From Blastocystis sp. Blastoise (taxonomy: Eukaryota; Protista; Bigyra: Opalinata), in NCBI GenBank assembly GCA_039096225.1, contig JBBPEB010000002.1:1116001-1180000 (forward strand): 64,000 nt of DNA. The letters run 5' to 3'. The notes under the pieces were generated by a model. That model saw only the letters and a list, made by a program, of their open reading frames with translations, did not search any database and was not told the DNA's origin. The translations under genes and the position numbers were made by a program. Of the stretch, positions 1 to 16,399 are shown piece by piece (positions within the stretch are counted from its first letter, which is position 1; every line of letters starts with the position of its first letter).

Positions 1-629
1 TCATATATATATACATAGATAAATGTAATTGAAGAAAAGCATGACAAAGAGACACACAAAGAGAAGAAGAAGAACCTATTCCGCTTTTACACTGTTTCTA
101 TATATATATATATATAATATGTCTTATAATATAAACAATAATATATATACTATAATATATACTATATATATTCTATATATATATACTCCTTGTTTATAAA
201 TATAATATCCTTCATTCATATATATATTAATTATTATTTTATTAAAATAGTAATAATGATTGGATATTATTAAATAATGAAGACATTCTTGTAAACAACA
301 TTCTAAATACTTATTTTCACTTTTGTTCAATCTATGAATATATATTGCTATATCAATAAAGGAGTAGTATACGAATTACAAATAAACGTTTGATCATGAT
401 TATCAACTGAATAAAGCCAATGTTCATCAAATGTTTCACTATAACAATCTATTTGACACGTTTCTGATTCGTGAGTGTATCCATCACATGTGACTGTACA
501 ACATGAGTCTAAAGCCATAGATATTCCATTAAAACCCTCAAGAATCACGTATCCACCAACAATTAATGCTTTTCCATTATGGGAAGCACTCACTGTTTTT
601 TTTATTTCTGTTTTTTTTGCTGACATCAT
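1..629 (-). CDS. Phosphomevalonate kinase, ERG8/GHMP type; 5' exons only, gene runs off the window start
   Basis: N-terminus MSAKKTEIKKTVSASHNGKALIVGGYVILE resembles the ERG8 N-terminal motif SAPGKxLxxGGYLVL; the next exon gives ENKYLECCLQ (cf. the NPFVE region). Confidence 0.7.
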
Positions 630-946
630 ATGTTCGTATGTATACGATAAATCTATGACAAAAAATACGAGATAATAATAACAAAAAAAATTTAAAAAGT
701 GAGAAAACACGATGTAAAGAGATACTATGAATAAAGAATGATTTAAATAGTATTTATATGATCTTATAAATAGCAAAATGTTTCAAATGAATAAGAAATA
801 GAAGATTATAATTAAATTGATGATTCTAAAAAACCATGGAAATAATTATTCCTTTCCCTTAAATTTGACGAATCTGCACATCTTAAAAAAAGATAAACCA
901 TCAAACAATTAAAAGTCTTTATTTCCATCATTTATTATAAATATCA

Positions 947-3367
<2,421 letters not shown>

Positions 3368-3408
3368 AAATCATAATTATTGTCTACTCAAATTTTTTAT
3401 TCATTTAT

Positions 3409-3461
<53 letters not shown>

Positions 3462-4781
3462 CTGTTCTTAATATGAAATCAAATACATTTTTTGTTAGGT
3501 TCATAAAATGAATAATTATATTAGTTTTGTTTACGAACTATGCAATAACAATACTTATATAAATAATAAGGACTATGTAATATGATAAGAAAAAATATAC
3601 TAAACGTGTATATACAATAGTATACATTACACTTCAATATACAATAGAAAGACGATAATTATGTAATTCAGGAGTAATCCTATTGAAACAAGGCCATATT
3701 CATAATATCTATAAAACATATATTTTAAAATATCTTATTTCTTTTAATATATGATTTTATTGATTATTTATAGGTATGTAATTAATAAAAAGATTATGAT
3801 AGAATACTAATATAGAGAAAAAAATTGTTTTTATAGCAGCGTCTGTTTATCCTTAAAACAATAATTATGATTATATTAAATATTCTATTCTATATTATGA
3901 ATTTCAATGAATATATATATATCATCTTCTTAATAATATGAATAATAGTATATAATATTATAATAACCCATAAAAAATCGATATAATATAATAATTACTG
4001 TATATATTATTATATCACACAAACGACGAATTAATAAAAAGTATTTAAGTATATAGATAATGTAATAATCAAGAAGAGCAAAATAATGTTTAAAATGTTC
4101 GCTATATAATTGTTTTAGTAAAGAAAGAATTTCAATTGTTCATCGATAAATAATTGATAGATAATTCATAATAAATAAAATAATTCATAACAGCATAGTT
4201 CATAATAAGCAGAATAATTCATAAAAATGGAATAATTAAAATATATAGAATGATTTATAATACTAAAATATTCCATAAACCATTTTAAAGCCAAAATGAA
4301 AAACTCATTTCTTATGAATGCGATAATCTACTATACAATTCACTTCATTTTCATGAAATCAACCACTCTAACTCATACATATTGCAATAATTGCAAGAAA
4401 ATGAAACAATAAAAAAACATCAACAGATTATATTTACAAACATTTATATCGATCTTACCAAATGTATATTTAAATGTTTATAATATCATATCATGAATCT
4501 TCAACACCATATATACAAAAAAAGAAAAAAATGATCTATAAAAGAACAGATAATAAAATTATATCAGTATATATTGTGTTCAAAATACTTCGGGTATCCA
4601 TTAAGAATTTATTAAAAGATTATTAATATGTTAATGACTTCAAAACAAAGTTAAAAGGATTTATAAAAGAATACTTTGATTATCCTTAATAATTCAAGGA
4701 GAATTATGAAAAAAACATAAAATAATTGATTTATTTATTAAGTCGTTTATTATATCATTATATTAGTTTTAAAATATTGAT

Positions 4782-5388
4782 ATGGGTAATAGTCAATCTT
4801 CTGATCAAGATTCCAGAATTCCTTTTAGTAACAATCCAACCGATGATCTTCCTGTCAAGATTTCCGACAGACTTCTTGCAAAGATCTCAGAGCAAATTCC
4901 AGATGAAAATGAAAATGACCAAGAAATCCAAGATTCAGAACCTGAAGAACCTTATGAAGATCCTAATGATATTAATGTAATAAAGCGAAAAATTGAAGAA
5001 GAACGAGTCAATCTTGAAGAAGAACTTGAGACTAGACAGTATATTTCATATTCTAATATTATATATTTACAAATATATATTTTTATACAAATATTTAGGA
5101 AGGATCGAGAAATGAAAACACAAAAAGAAAGAGATGTTGAAACAGATATTTATTCAAATATTAACCAAAAAATTCAACAATCTCAAAATTTATTATTTAT
5201 CGAGTATATTTTTGTGGTCTACTCTATATTTTAATTATCTTTTAATACTTGTATATAGTAAATTGAAAGAACATCCTTGTAAATCAATGGATGAACAATT
5301 AAAGGAATGTTTATCACAAAACAGTAATAACATTGAAAAGTGTCAAGAGTTCAAAAAATTATTTGATCAATGTTTAAAGGATTTATAA
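4782..5388 (+). CDS. Mic19/CHCHD3-like protein (N-myristoylation motif, coiled coil, twin CX9C), 2 introns
   Basis: Starts MGNSQS, has an acidic/coiled-coil middle and ends with CKSMDEQLKEC-x10-CQEFKKLFDQC; GT-AG introns at about 5039-5098 and 5204-5258. Confidence 0.6.
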
Positions 5389-7023
5389 AGAACTATTTTT
5401 ATTTATATATATTATATTATTCATTTGCAAACACTGTTTTGTTTTTATTTGGCAAACATCAAATTATTTATATTTTTTCTAATAAGAATTTATGTTTCAA
5501 ATAAAATTATATAAAAATATCAAATAAAATCATATTTAAAAATATCAAATAAAAGCAAATTAAATTAATGATTCTTGCCATTTTCTTGAGAAATTGAAGA
5601 AATTTATCATTCTATAAAGCAAAACCACTTTACAGATGACTGAATAACGAAAACACTTTTATATTTAAGACAAAAGAAAACTTCTAATCATAAAGTCAGC
5701 TGAACATATATTGAAACTGTCTGAAATGAATCAGTCTTTCTTTAAAATAAAAATATATTATTGTTGATTATATGGATATAATAAGTAAATTTTATAAAAT
5801 AACTATTGAAAGATTTCCAATGAATGTGGATGCATAGAAGTAATATAAAAACAAATGAAAAAAAAAATCATTTTTTGCGAATCTGATCATTATTTGATTT
5901 ATTTTAATTGTATATATGATTAGATACATTCAAACTAATATATCTAAGAATTGCAATAAGCTTCCAAAATAAAATAAATAGAATGAAAAGAATTTAATTA
6001 AAAATACCTACTAAAAAATATATAAATACTTATTCTTAAATTATAAAATATTGTTAAAAACGATATCAAACAATTCTTGATTTATATATATACAAAAAAG
6101 AGTCTAAACAAAACAAATGAAAGAAATTTATAATTTTAAAAACAATATAAAGATCACGGAAATGAAAAAAAACAAATTGTTTAAAAACGATTGAAATGTG
6201 ACATACAAAGAAAAAAAGCGAAGAAAAATAACGAACAAAAAATAAAATATCATAAAAAAGTGAAAAAAAGAAAAAAATAATTTGCATATATAGAAATATA
6301 TATTTATACTAACACTAAATGGAAACAACAATAAATATATGTTATTATATATATAGTAGAAAACAGAATAAAACTTAAAAGTTAAAAAAGTTAATATAGA
6401 CAGAAGAATATAGATATATTTTAATATATATTAACATAGATATACAATGGAAAAAAAGAGGAAATATATATATATATAATATGACAAATAAAAAATAAAT
6501 GAAAAAAAAGTGATATAGAATAAGAATATAATATATAGAAGCCAATAAAGATATAGATATATACACATATAACGAAAGGAATATAAAAAAAAAATAGAGG
6601 AATAGTTTTTGTTTAATATAGAAAAGATATACATGTATATATGTAAATATAATAGAAATAGGAAGAATAAAGTATAGGAAAATTTCCTCTAAAGAATAGA
6701 ATAGAGGAGATAAAAATAAAGGAAATAAAAAATATATTAAACATCTCTGTATAATCACTTTATAAACAGTATATATAGATAGAATAAATATAAATATATA
6801 TATATATATATATATACTAGAGTATTAAAAAAATACTAAAAAAAAAATGAGAATAAGACAATATATTCAAATTAAAGAATAAATAAAAATAAAATGAAAA
6901 ATATATATACATATATAAATAATACAATTTAAGCATATTATAAAAAATAATATAATAAATATAAATATAAATTAAATAGCATGTATATATATATCTATAT
7001 AGAAAATAGAGTATTCATTAATA

Positions 7024-10000
7024 TTAAACTTTGACAGCAGTAACGGGTGCATTACTAATAGTAGTATCAAATCGACTTTGTTGAATACGTTTTCCTGTTT
7101 TCTTGGGTATATGACTCATATGAACACGTTGTAATTTGGGATTTAACTTTTCATCATAAGATTTCGTACGGATCTTGATCTTCTTTGTACGGTGAACAAT
7201 ACAAGAGACGATAATTAATAGAGAAAGTACGATGATGATGCCTATAACGGCAATAATCCATGTAGGTAAATCTCCATTAGGAAGAATAGTAAGATTAATA
7301 GAAACTGTAAGTTCTCCAACTTTATTATGACAAGTCACATTATATATATTGGAATCATAGATACCACGAGGATTTCCACTAATAATACCATTTATATCCA
7401 TAGAGAGACCTGCAGGCAGAGATGGAGTAATAGAACATGAATATTCTGCAGCTTTTACTAGAGGAGCGATGTTTATAGGTCTATTATCATAACCAATAAT
7501 AGTGGAAGGAGTATATATAATTCCCGCGGGAGCTAGAAGTGCACAATACTTCGTTTCTTCTTCTAATTTCCCTTCTTTACATAATCTTTGAATCCATCCT
7601 TGATAATATATAGCACAATTCTTTAATGCATACTGACCTTCTAAAGCACCACCAAAACCATCTATAGGTAAACATACATGTGTAACTAATTTCACTCCTA
7701 AAGTTAATTCCGCTAATTGTATACCCTTTGAAGAAGATCGATCATATAAACAAAAAGTATCCGTTTCAGACGCGTCATCTATAGGATTATTATCACAATT
7801 TGTTACTATAAAACGATAATGACTAAAACTCTTATTATTAAAAAAAGAATAATCACGGGATTCACGATAGGTAGTAAATAATTCATTATCCACAACTGAA
7901 AGAACACTCCACGTGACTCCATCATTAGAACCCTCAATTCTCCATCCACTTGGATGACGTACATTACAATTTGGTCCAGTAGTAAGTGAATAAGAACTAA
8001 TATATTCTTTAATATCATTTTGATATGTATACATATAGGTAGCCCCAATACATCGTGGACCTGATAATGCTACAGTAGTTGTATCACCATCCATAAGATT
8101 CGATAGAGAAGAAGATTCAATATCACTTGATAACATACCTTCTTCCATTCGACTTGTACCATCACCTACTAATAATAAGGAAGCCATTAAACTAATAACA
8201 GATTCGAATGGATCAGATTGATGTAATTCTATACATAATACATTATTTCCTGCAGTTATAGCTCCAAATAAAATAGATATTGAATACCCATAAGTAACAG
8301 CAGTACTCTTTAATTCTATTGCAGGTATACTCTCTGTAATAATACCTTCAGGTAAATTTTCTCTTTGTATTTCTTGTCCATTAATATACATAACAAACCC
8401 AACACATGTTCTTATTCGGATAGTAACGGATGCATATTTAGATATATTATGAATATTAAATAGATGACGATAATAACTAGTAATAGCTTTAGGAGCAGGA
8501 AGAGTATCGGAAGTAATAGTAGACCATGTAGTATCTATAAAAGTGACTTGTGTCCATCCTTGAGTAGGTATACCTGCTAAATATGTTTTCCATTCACTAT
8601 AAAAAGGATGAATAGGATAAAGAAGAGATAATACCATCTCTTTCTTGGTAAATGAAATTCCTAAAGAACCTGAAAGTATTTGTGTTCCATCTTCTAATGT
8701 AACAGCATAAGATCCTCCATTCCAGCCATCATCATCTAAATCAGTTACTACAAACTTATAAATATCCATTGGATGGCAAAAAGGAAAAACATTTTGAATA
8801 TTACTATTTACTCCTTGTTTAGAATATAGAATAGTATTATTACTATTATATAAAGTAAATCCTTGTTCAGCTCCATAAATACCTCCATTAATAATAATAG
8901 TAAACATAATATTAGGAGATGTACAAGCAATAACTTCAAGAGATATTAAGACATGAGATTCAATACCTTGAGGACTTGTAGCATATATCGTATAACTTTG
9001 TTTAGATAATAATTCCACGGGAATACCACGAATAGACCCTGTAGTTGTATCAATTTCTAAGGGAGAGGGTAATTCTGGTAATATTCTAAAGTTACTATAA
9101 AGTTCTGAAGAAGGAGTAACAGTAGGAAAAGCTATACCACGATATCCAGTAAGAGAAGTAGCTGATAAACTAAATACAGGAGGTATAAACATTTTACTAT
9201 TTAATAATAATAATTCAATTTCAGCAATAGAAAGAGAATAAGGAGAAGTAGTTGGATCACTTGTTTCAGATACTTCAAATTTATAATAACGATATGATTT
9301 TAATTGTGTAGGAATATAAAAACATCGTTTTTGTTTACGTACTTCAAAATAAGCATTATTGACTTGATGAATAAGTGAATAACTAAGATTATTGGATGAA
9401 CCATATAATATCCAATCAGAAGGATCACTTCGAGGTTCATTTGAATTACTAATAACACATAATTTATTAATTAATTCAGATCGATGTGCTCCAAAATCAA
9501 TAGTAAATGCAATATTACGTTTAGAAGCGAATGTATGACGATATCCATTCGTATAACTACCATCAATTAAGGCTTCTGGATTCCCGCCATAAGGAGTGGA
9601 GGTAACACTAGGAGAGAAATAACGAGGATGAGATGTAGTTGTAGTTAAATAAAATACAACGAAATCAAAATCAAGAGATATAAGAGAAGAAGAAGAACTA
9701 ATACCAATAATAGCAAATGCAAATATATTAATAAACACTTGCATATAGGAAATAGGTAATGTAATATATCTCCAATCAACTAGTCCTTCTCCTGCAGTTG
9801 CACTAGTATTATTTGTTATTTCTCCTTCTGGAACATTATCACGATAAGCTTCTTCACCATTTATATAGAGCACGATTCCCGCGGAAAACCTTACTCTTAA
9901 TTCCATACCTGTATAATAACTATTATAAGTATAATTCACTTTATCTCTAAATAGCCAAATAAAAGAAGTTGTTTCAGGAAGAGGAGAATAAGACATACTA

Positions 10001-11645
10001 TGCCAATTTTCATCATTAAAATTAGTTGTATACCATTCAGAAGGGACATTATCTATACAATATTTCATAGAGGAACTATTTATATAATGACGATAAGTAG
10101 CATCTAAATAAAAAGTATCTGAAGATCCATCAGGTAACGTGTATATTCCCACGGGACTGTAATCACCAGAAATCATATAGGATATTGTTAAATAACTACT
10201 TTGTGACCAACCATTGTTTCCACTATCTAATAATTCAATATATGTCATTCCCGCGGGGATACATAGATTTGCAGTAAGTGTAGAATCCGATACTTGTGGG
10301 GGTGATGAATATAATATTTGTCCTCCTTGTTTTAAGGTAAAACTTTCTTCAGAAGCGTATTCAGAATATGTTTTATATAATTGTATAGAAATATTATAAG
10401 GTAATACACATCCATAAATACGTATAGTAACAGTACAAGAAGAAGTAAGTGAAGATAATATATTATGTGCAGTAATCATATATCGACTAGTACTCATGAT
10501 AATCGTGGGAATCCCAGAGATAATACCTGTATTTGGATCTAAAGATAGACCATGAGGTAATGCAGGATCAATAGTAAATTGAGTGAATCCTGTAGTAAGA
10601 GGAATATTATAAATATTAGTCACATAAGCATAGGCTTCCATAGAAGTATTTGTATATTTTAGTGTACCATCCATAGGAGAGTAATTACATGAATATACAT
10701 TGAAAGAACCAAGAGATATAGAAGTAGAAGAAGAATCTATATAAGGTATATATATATATATATAGTAGAGAGAATAGTAAATAAATATACTAAATAGTAT
10801 TAATACTACTAAAGAAAATAAATAAATAGATATATATATTAAATACTTAATTGTAGTTTAACAGCTCTAAATGATTTTAAATTATCTAATAATTTATAAT
10901 CATATCGTTGATTTCGACTTGTAAAAACAGCTTCTTTTGAATCTAATGGAATCCATGACACACCATCTTGTGACGCACTGAGGGTCCAGGACGTGGGATC
11001 TCCATATGCTGCTGTATTGGCAGATGTTATAGAATAAGCATTAAACCAATATAATCTATAATGAAATTCATAATATAGATAATATAGATATTTTTTAATA
11101 AGCATAATAATAAATATAATAATAATCAGAATAATAATAATAATAATAATATATATATAGATATACTCTGTAGAGGGTAATGTATATATGGTAGTAAATG
11201 ATCCATGATTTGGAACATAGTAATAACTAAGATCTGACTCATATATATTACTACAAGCAAAGGTATTAGAGACAGCAGCATAGGAACAGGTCGCTTGTCC
11301 CGCGGTTAATAAACTTGAACCACAAACTATAGAAGGATAATGATAAGTATAATGATAAATATAGGAAAGAAACATAAATTTAAAAAAATAATAATGATTA
11401 TAATAATAAATATAATGATAAGTATAATAATAAATATAGGAAAGAAAAATAAGTTTAACAAACATAATAAATATAACAATAATAAATACCATTTTCATTT
11501 CTAATTTGAGATCTAACAATTGCAGCGAATTGATCGAATTGACCAATGTGTGACGCATTGTAATGAATCTCTATAGCTATGACACCCAATATGTCATAAC
11601 CAAATAAATGACGAATAACAGTTGTACTATATAATAATAATAAAC

Positions 11646-11692
<47 letters not shown>

Positions 11693-12816
11693 CATAATAA
11701 TAATAAACATAATAATAATAAGTAAATCTATACGTATAATCAATAGGTTCTTCAGAATCAGGAGATGTTGTAACAGTTGAACTATTTATCACGCCACTAT
11801 AATATATATATTAAATAATAATAAACATAATAAACATAATAATAAGCATAATAATAATAATAAACATAATAAACATAATAATAATAATAAACATAATAAT
11901 AATAATAAACATAATAAACACAATAATAAACATAATAACTTCAATTTACGTTGGTAGTTTTTGTCTTGATAATTCCATGGAATCTCCGTATAAAACAAAT
12001 CCTCCCGTGGTTCTGATAGTAAATAATAATTCATAATGAGTAGTAGGTTGTGAAAATAATGTACTATATCGATAATACCGAGTAATACCTACTAAAGGAT
12101 CAAATAAATCACGATGGCCATTCATCCAATCAGAATCAACATAATTCACATTTGTCCAATCAGAGGATACTTGTATAATATCATTATATTTATAAAGAAC
12201 ACTTGAACTAATCGACACAGATACTAAATAAATCAAAATATTATTTTTATTACATTATATATATACATATAGATATTATAGAATCATAAATCATTGTATA
12301 AATAAAATAATAAATCATATAAGTAATATAATCATTATATACATATAACATAAGTCTGATCAACACAATATAACCAGAAAGGATCTGTACTAAATGGCAT
12401 AGTTGTCTTTGTAACTAAGAAATCATCAGCATAAACATATAACCATGATTCACTATTGTAACTACCCCATCCATTACAAGATCTAAAAAAAATATTATAT
12501 TTATAAAAGATCTAAAAAGATATACAAGTCATATAACTCAATCTTATATTGAGATGGAGGAAGACATAATGTCCATTCTTTAACTTGATGAGAATCAGAC
12601 TCACTTGCTTCAACAGCTATAATAAGATCTAAACTATCTCCATTAACTTGGAAAACACTGAAACGCTCTTGATCAGCATAGTCTCCATAAACTTTTTTAA
12701 ACTTAATATTTCCATTTGGTGCTAAGCATGACCCAAAAGCTAAAAATAAAAATTATATTTAAATATTTAAACTCTATACCTATAGTAATCAAAGAAATGA
12801 ATATTAATATATTCAT
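7024..12816 (-). CDS. Large type I membrane surface protein with putative Ig (He_PIG) repeats and F5/8-like / galactose-binding-like beta-sandwich repeats
   Basis: Signal-like MNILIFISLITIAFG from ATG 12816. Repeats PALPHGLSLDPNTGIISGIP, PELPSPLEIDTTTGSIRGIP and PSLPAGLSMDINGIISGNP; PxxWxLxGSxDG motifs; C-terminal TM (WIIAVIGIIIVLSLLIIVSCIV) and basic tail. Several 5' introns precede a ~3.7-kb final exon. Confidence 0.8.
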
Positions 12817-13070
12817 TGCATACATTCAAAAATAAAATTATAAATTAGACAATTGATTTCTTAAAAACAGGGGTCACCACGTAGTTACTCGTTAAGCGAA
12901 AGGACCAAAATTTTTGCGCTTAAATAACAAAGTTACTTTTTTATTACCGTGATTTTCATAGTTATTTTAAGTGATGAAAACACGGGAAAAACAAAAATAT
13001 AAGGGAAAATGTTTTGCTAAACCAAAAAGAACATTCTATATTAGATAAACTTTTTTTATTGTTTAAATAC

Positions 13071-15804
13071 ATGGAACAGTACTTTAAAAAATTACAAGTA
13101 TATTAATAGTAATATATATATATATATATAGATTGACAAGTCTACAACAGACGAAAAAAAAAAGATGATGACATAATTACAGAAGAAACGAATAATAAAC
13201 CAGATATTAATCCTAAATCCAAATATTATAGTGAAGTAAAAGAAGGAGTTAAAAGATATAATGCCAATCCAGTTGTTTATGGATTTAAAAAATTAACAAA
13301 AAACTCCTATTTTTGTTTAATCTGTGAGTCTACTCTCACGTGTAAAGGTTATGAAGCCTCAAAACTCTTCACTCATTTCAAGAATAAACATGGGTTAAGC
13401 AAATACACATATGATGACATTCAAGAACTCTTAAAAGATCATAATGAAAACACAGAATACTCAAATTCTCTCTTTAGCTTTTCAGATTTATCCAGTAAGC
13501 TTTCATATTTCATCGCCTACTCCATTTCAAAGAATGGATACAGCTACAGAACTGGAGAAAAATTAGTTAAACCTATTATTGAAGAATATGAAAGGTTAAA
13601 GAATGTCAAAGTCCTTTCTAATCTTCCGTTATCCTCAAGCAGTATCAAAAGAAAAAGTGATGAAATTGCTTTGACAATTCAACAAGAAGTAATAAATAGG
13701 ATAAGACAATCAGGATCATTTTCTATTCAGCTTGACGAGTCAACTGACATAGAAATGAAATCCTATTTACTCGTTTATGCTAGATACGAATATAATAAAA
13801 AGTTTACTGAATCATTTTTAAGTATTTTTCAGATTAGTTCCAAAACAGGTGATAATATATTTAACATGGTAGATAATTTCTTTAATAATAATAACCTTCT
13901 GTGGAATAATTGCGTATCAGCTACTTTTGACGGTGCTTCGAATATGAATGGAGACAAAAACTCCTTCAAAACACGAGTACTAGAGAAGAATAAGAATTGT
14001 ATGTTCATCCACTGTTTTCTTCATAGAGAAGAACTCTGTGTAAACTGTTTACCAAAATACTTCACTAATATATTCAAAAGTGCTGTTGAGATAATTTCAT
14101 ATATAAAGAAGTCTGCTGTTAGACAAGACGAATCCAATAATTACAATATTGATAATGAATATTCATTAACCTCTTCTATCTTCTCTCCTCAAGATAACAT
14201 ACCTGATTCCCCTAATAATATATCTTCTTTAGAGATAGAATATAATAAAGTAGTTGAATCCCTTTTAGATACATCTGATACAGATAATAATATAGATAAT
14301 AATATTCATGAAGTTTATAGTAATGATAAGAAGGAAGAAAAAAAGGAAAAAAATATTAGAAGTTATAAACTTCTCCTTTATTGCCCTACAAGATGGCTTT
14401 CATGCCATTCATCAATTAAAAGATTTAATTTACTTAGAAATGGAATAACACTAGTAATAAAAAAGGATAAAGAAAAGAAGGACTTATATAACACCATTAT
14501 TGATACTAACTTCATAGCTTCAATGTTATACCTTGAGGATGTTACCAGTTTATTCTATGATTGTAATAAATCAATGCAAGGACAGCATAGATATATATTT
14601 GGGTTAATAGACATTATGAAGGATTTATTTATAAAATTATCGTTGAGATTAGAAAGACTAATAAATAATAACGATTATTCATCATTTACGAAACTTAAGG
14701 ATTATGTATCTACAACCAAGCTTGATATTAATTCAATCATATTTTATATCAAAAATCATCTAATAACTCTTCGACGTAATTTACTGAATTATTTCCCAGA
14801 AATACTAAATTATATTGGTAGTGATGAATCGTATCTTCAAGACCTTAATGAATATTTAATAGACCAAGAAAATACACATAATACATCAAATATATCTCAT
14901 GAAGTGAATAGTAATGTTAATAACAATACATCAGTAGTATCAAACCAATTTAATATTCTTGGATCATTACAAGGTTGCGTATCTCCAAATGGAGTTGTAA
15001 ATGGCTTAATAACCTATGTTGACATAGTTACTCAGCAATTAATAGAAACTCAAGTAACGATTAGAATTGACTTTCCATATTTAGTATATGGATACACTTT
15101 AGGTAGTATTTCTGGTGTTCTTAATAATTTCCCTAATAGTAGTATTCAAGGACAATACAATGGAATCATTAGTAATATAAATATAATTCAGGCTAATATC
15201 AATTGTATAATAACTCTTGGGGCAATCATTCCAAATGAAATAAGTAATAATACAAATCAAGGAGAAGTACAAAAGAATAAAAAGCAGAAGAAAACGAATA
15301 GTAACATAAAAAAACCAAAAAATACACCAACAACTAATCTTATTGATCATTCTTTATATTGGATTACTAATCCATTTTCAAAAGTAGCTGACGAAAATAA
15401 AATGGAGTTTCATGTTAAAGAAGAGTATTTCTGTTTACTTGCTGATAAAACATGTAGAGAAGAATTTAATAACGTACCAATAGATGAGTTCTATATAAGC
15501 CATAAGAGTCGTTTTCCATTATTATATGATATAGCCAAGAAATGTTTTCTTCCCTTTGCAACTTCATATCTCTGTGAGAGCGGTTTCAGTCATCTCGTGT
15601 ATATAAAAAACAAATACAGAAACACTATTAATCCAACAACCCAAATGACAATTGGATTAACTTCTGATATCATTGATTCTTCATCACTTATAACTACTGT
15701 TTTAGAGCGTATGTATATTATAAGTATTATATTCATAATTCACATAATATAGAATCTATTCTTAATTATATATAGATAAATTAAAGAAAAAGAAACTCGA
15801 TTGA
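13071..15804 (+). CDS. hAT transposase (Buster/ZBED5-SCAND3-like) with N-terminal BED-type zinc finger
   Basis: Motifs CLIC...HFKNKH, FSIQLDESTD, ATFDGASNM, HCFLHRE, TRWLS and SYLCESGFS. Short introns at 13098-13131 and 15709-15775 (C-terminus LEHKLKKKKLD*). Exon 1 is one frame off from the main ORF across an A10 run at 13154-13163. Confidence 0.9.
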
Positions 15805-16399
15805 TAACATCTAGCAACAAAATCACTAATCTAATCCAACTACTTAATTACTGTATTTATACTACAAAGTACATTGATTTCTTTTACTATTAATATTTAT
15901 ATATTTATATTGTTTTCATTATATTAACTATTTGTATTCCATAATGTTTTATTGTTACATTATAATTTGTATTGTTTTAATTAACTCAAGAAGATATACT
16001 GTTATCTTTTAAATATAATTATAAATAGATGACATTGAATATTCCTTTATATATTTGATTATATCAATAGTATATAGTTTCTTAATTAGAATCACTATTC
16101 CTTAATAATTTTTATCTATATTTCAATTATTTTTCTAATTATATTCTTTTTCAAGTACTATTATATTCAGATCAAACGAATAACTGAGAAATATTATTAC
16201 TTATATGAAAAATAAATATTATTTTAGAAGTAATTATTTCATATATACTAATCTCTCTAGTATAATACTTTAAAACAATATCCAATACTAATAAGAATCT
16301 TTATTCAATCAAAAGTATAATATACAACTATAAAGTATACTCTTCTTAAATCAAATAGTATATCTAATCAAGAAGATTAAATATATAAATAAATAGCAA

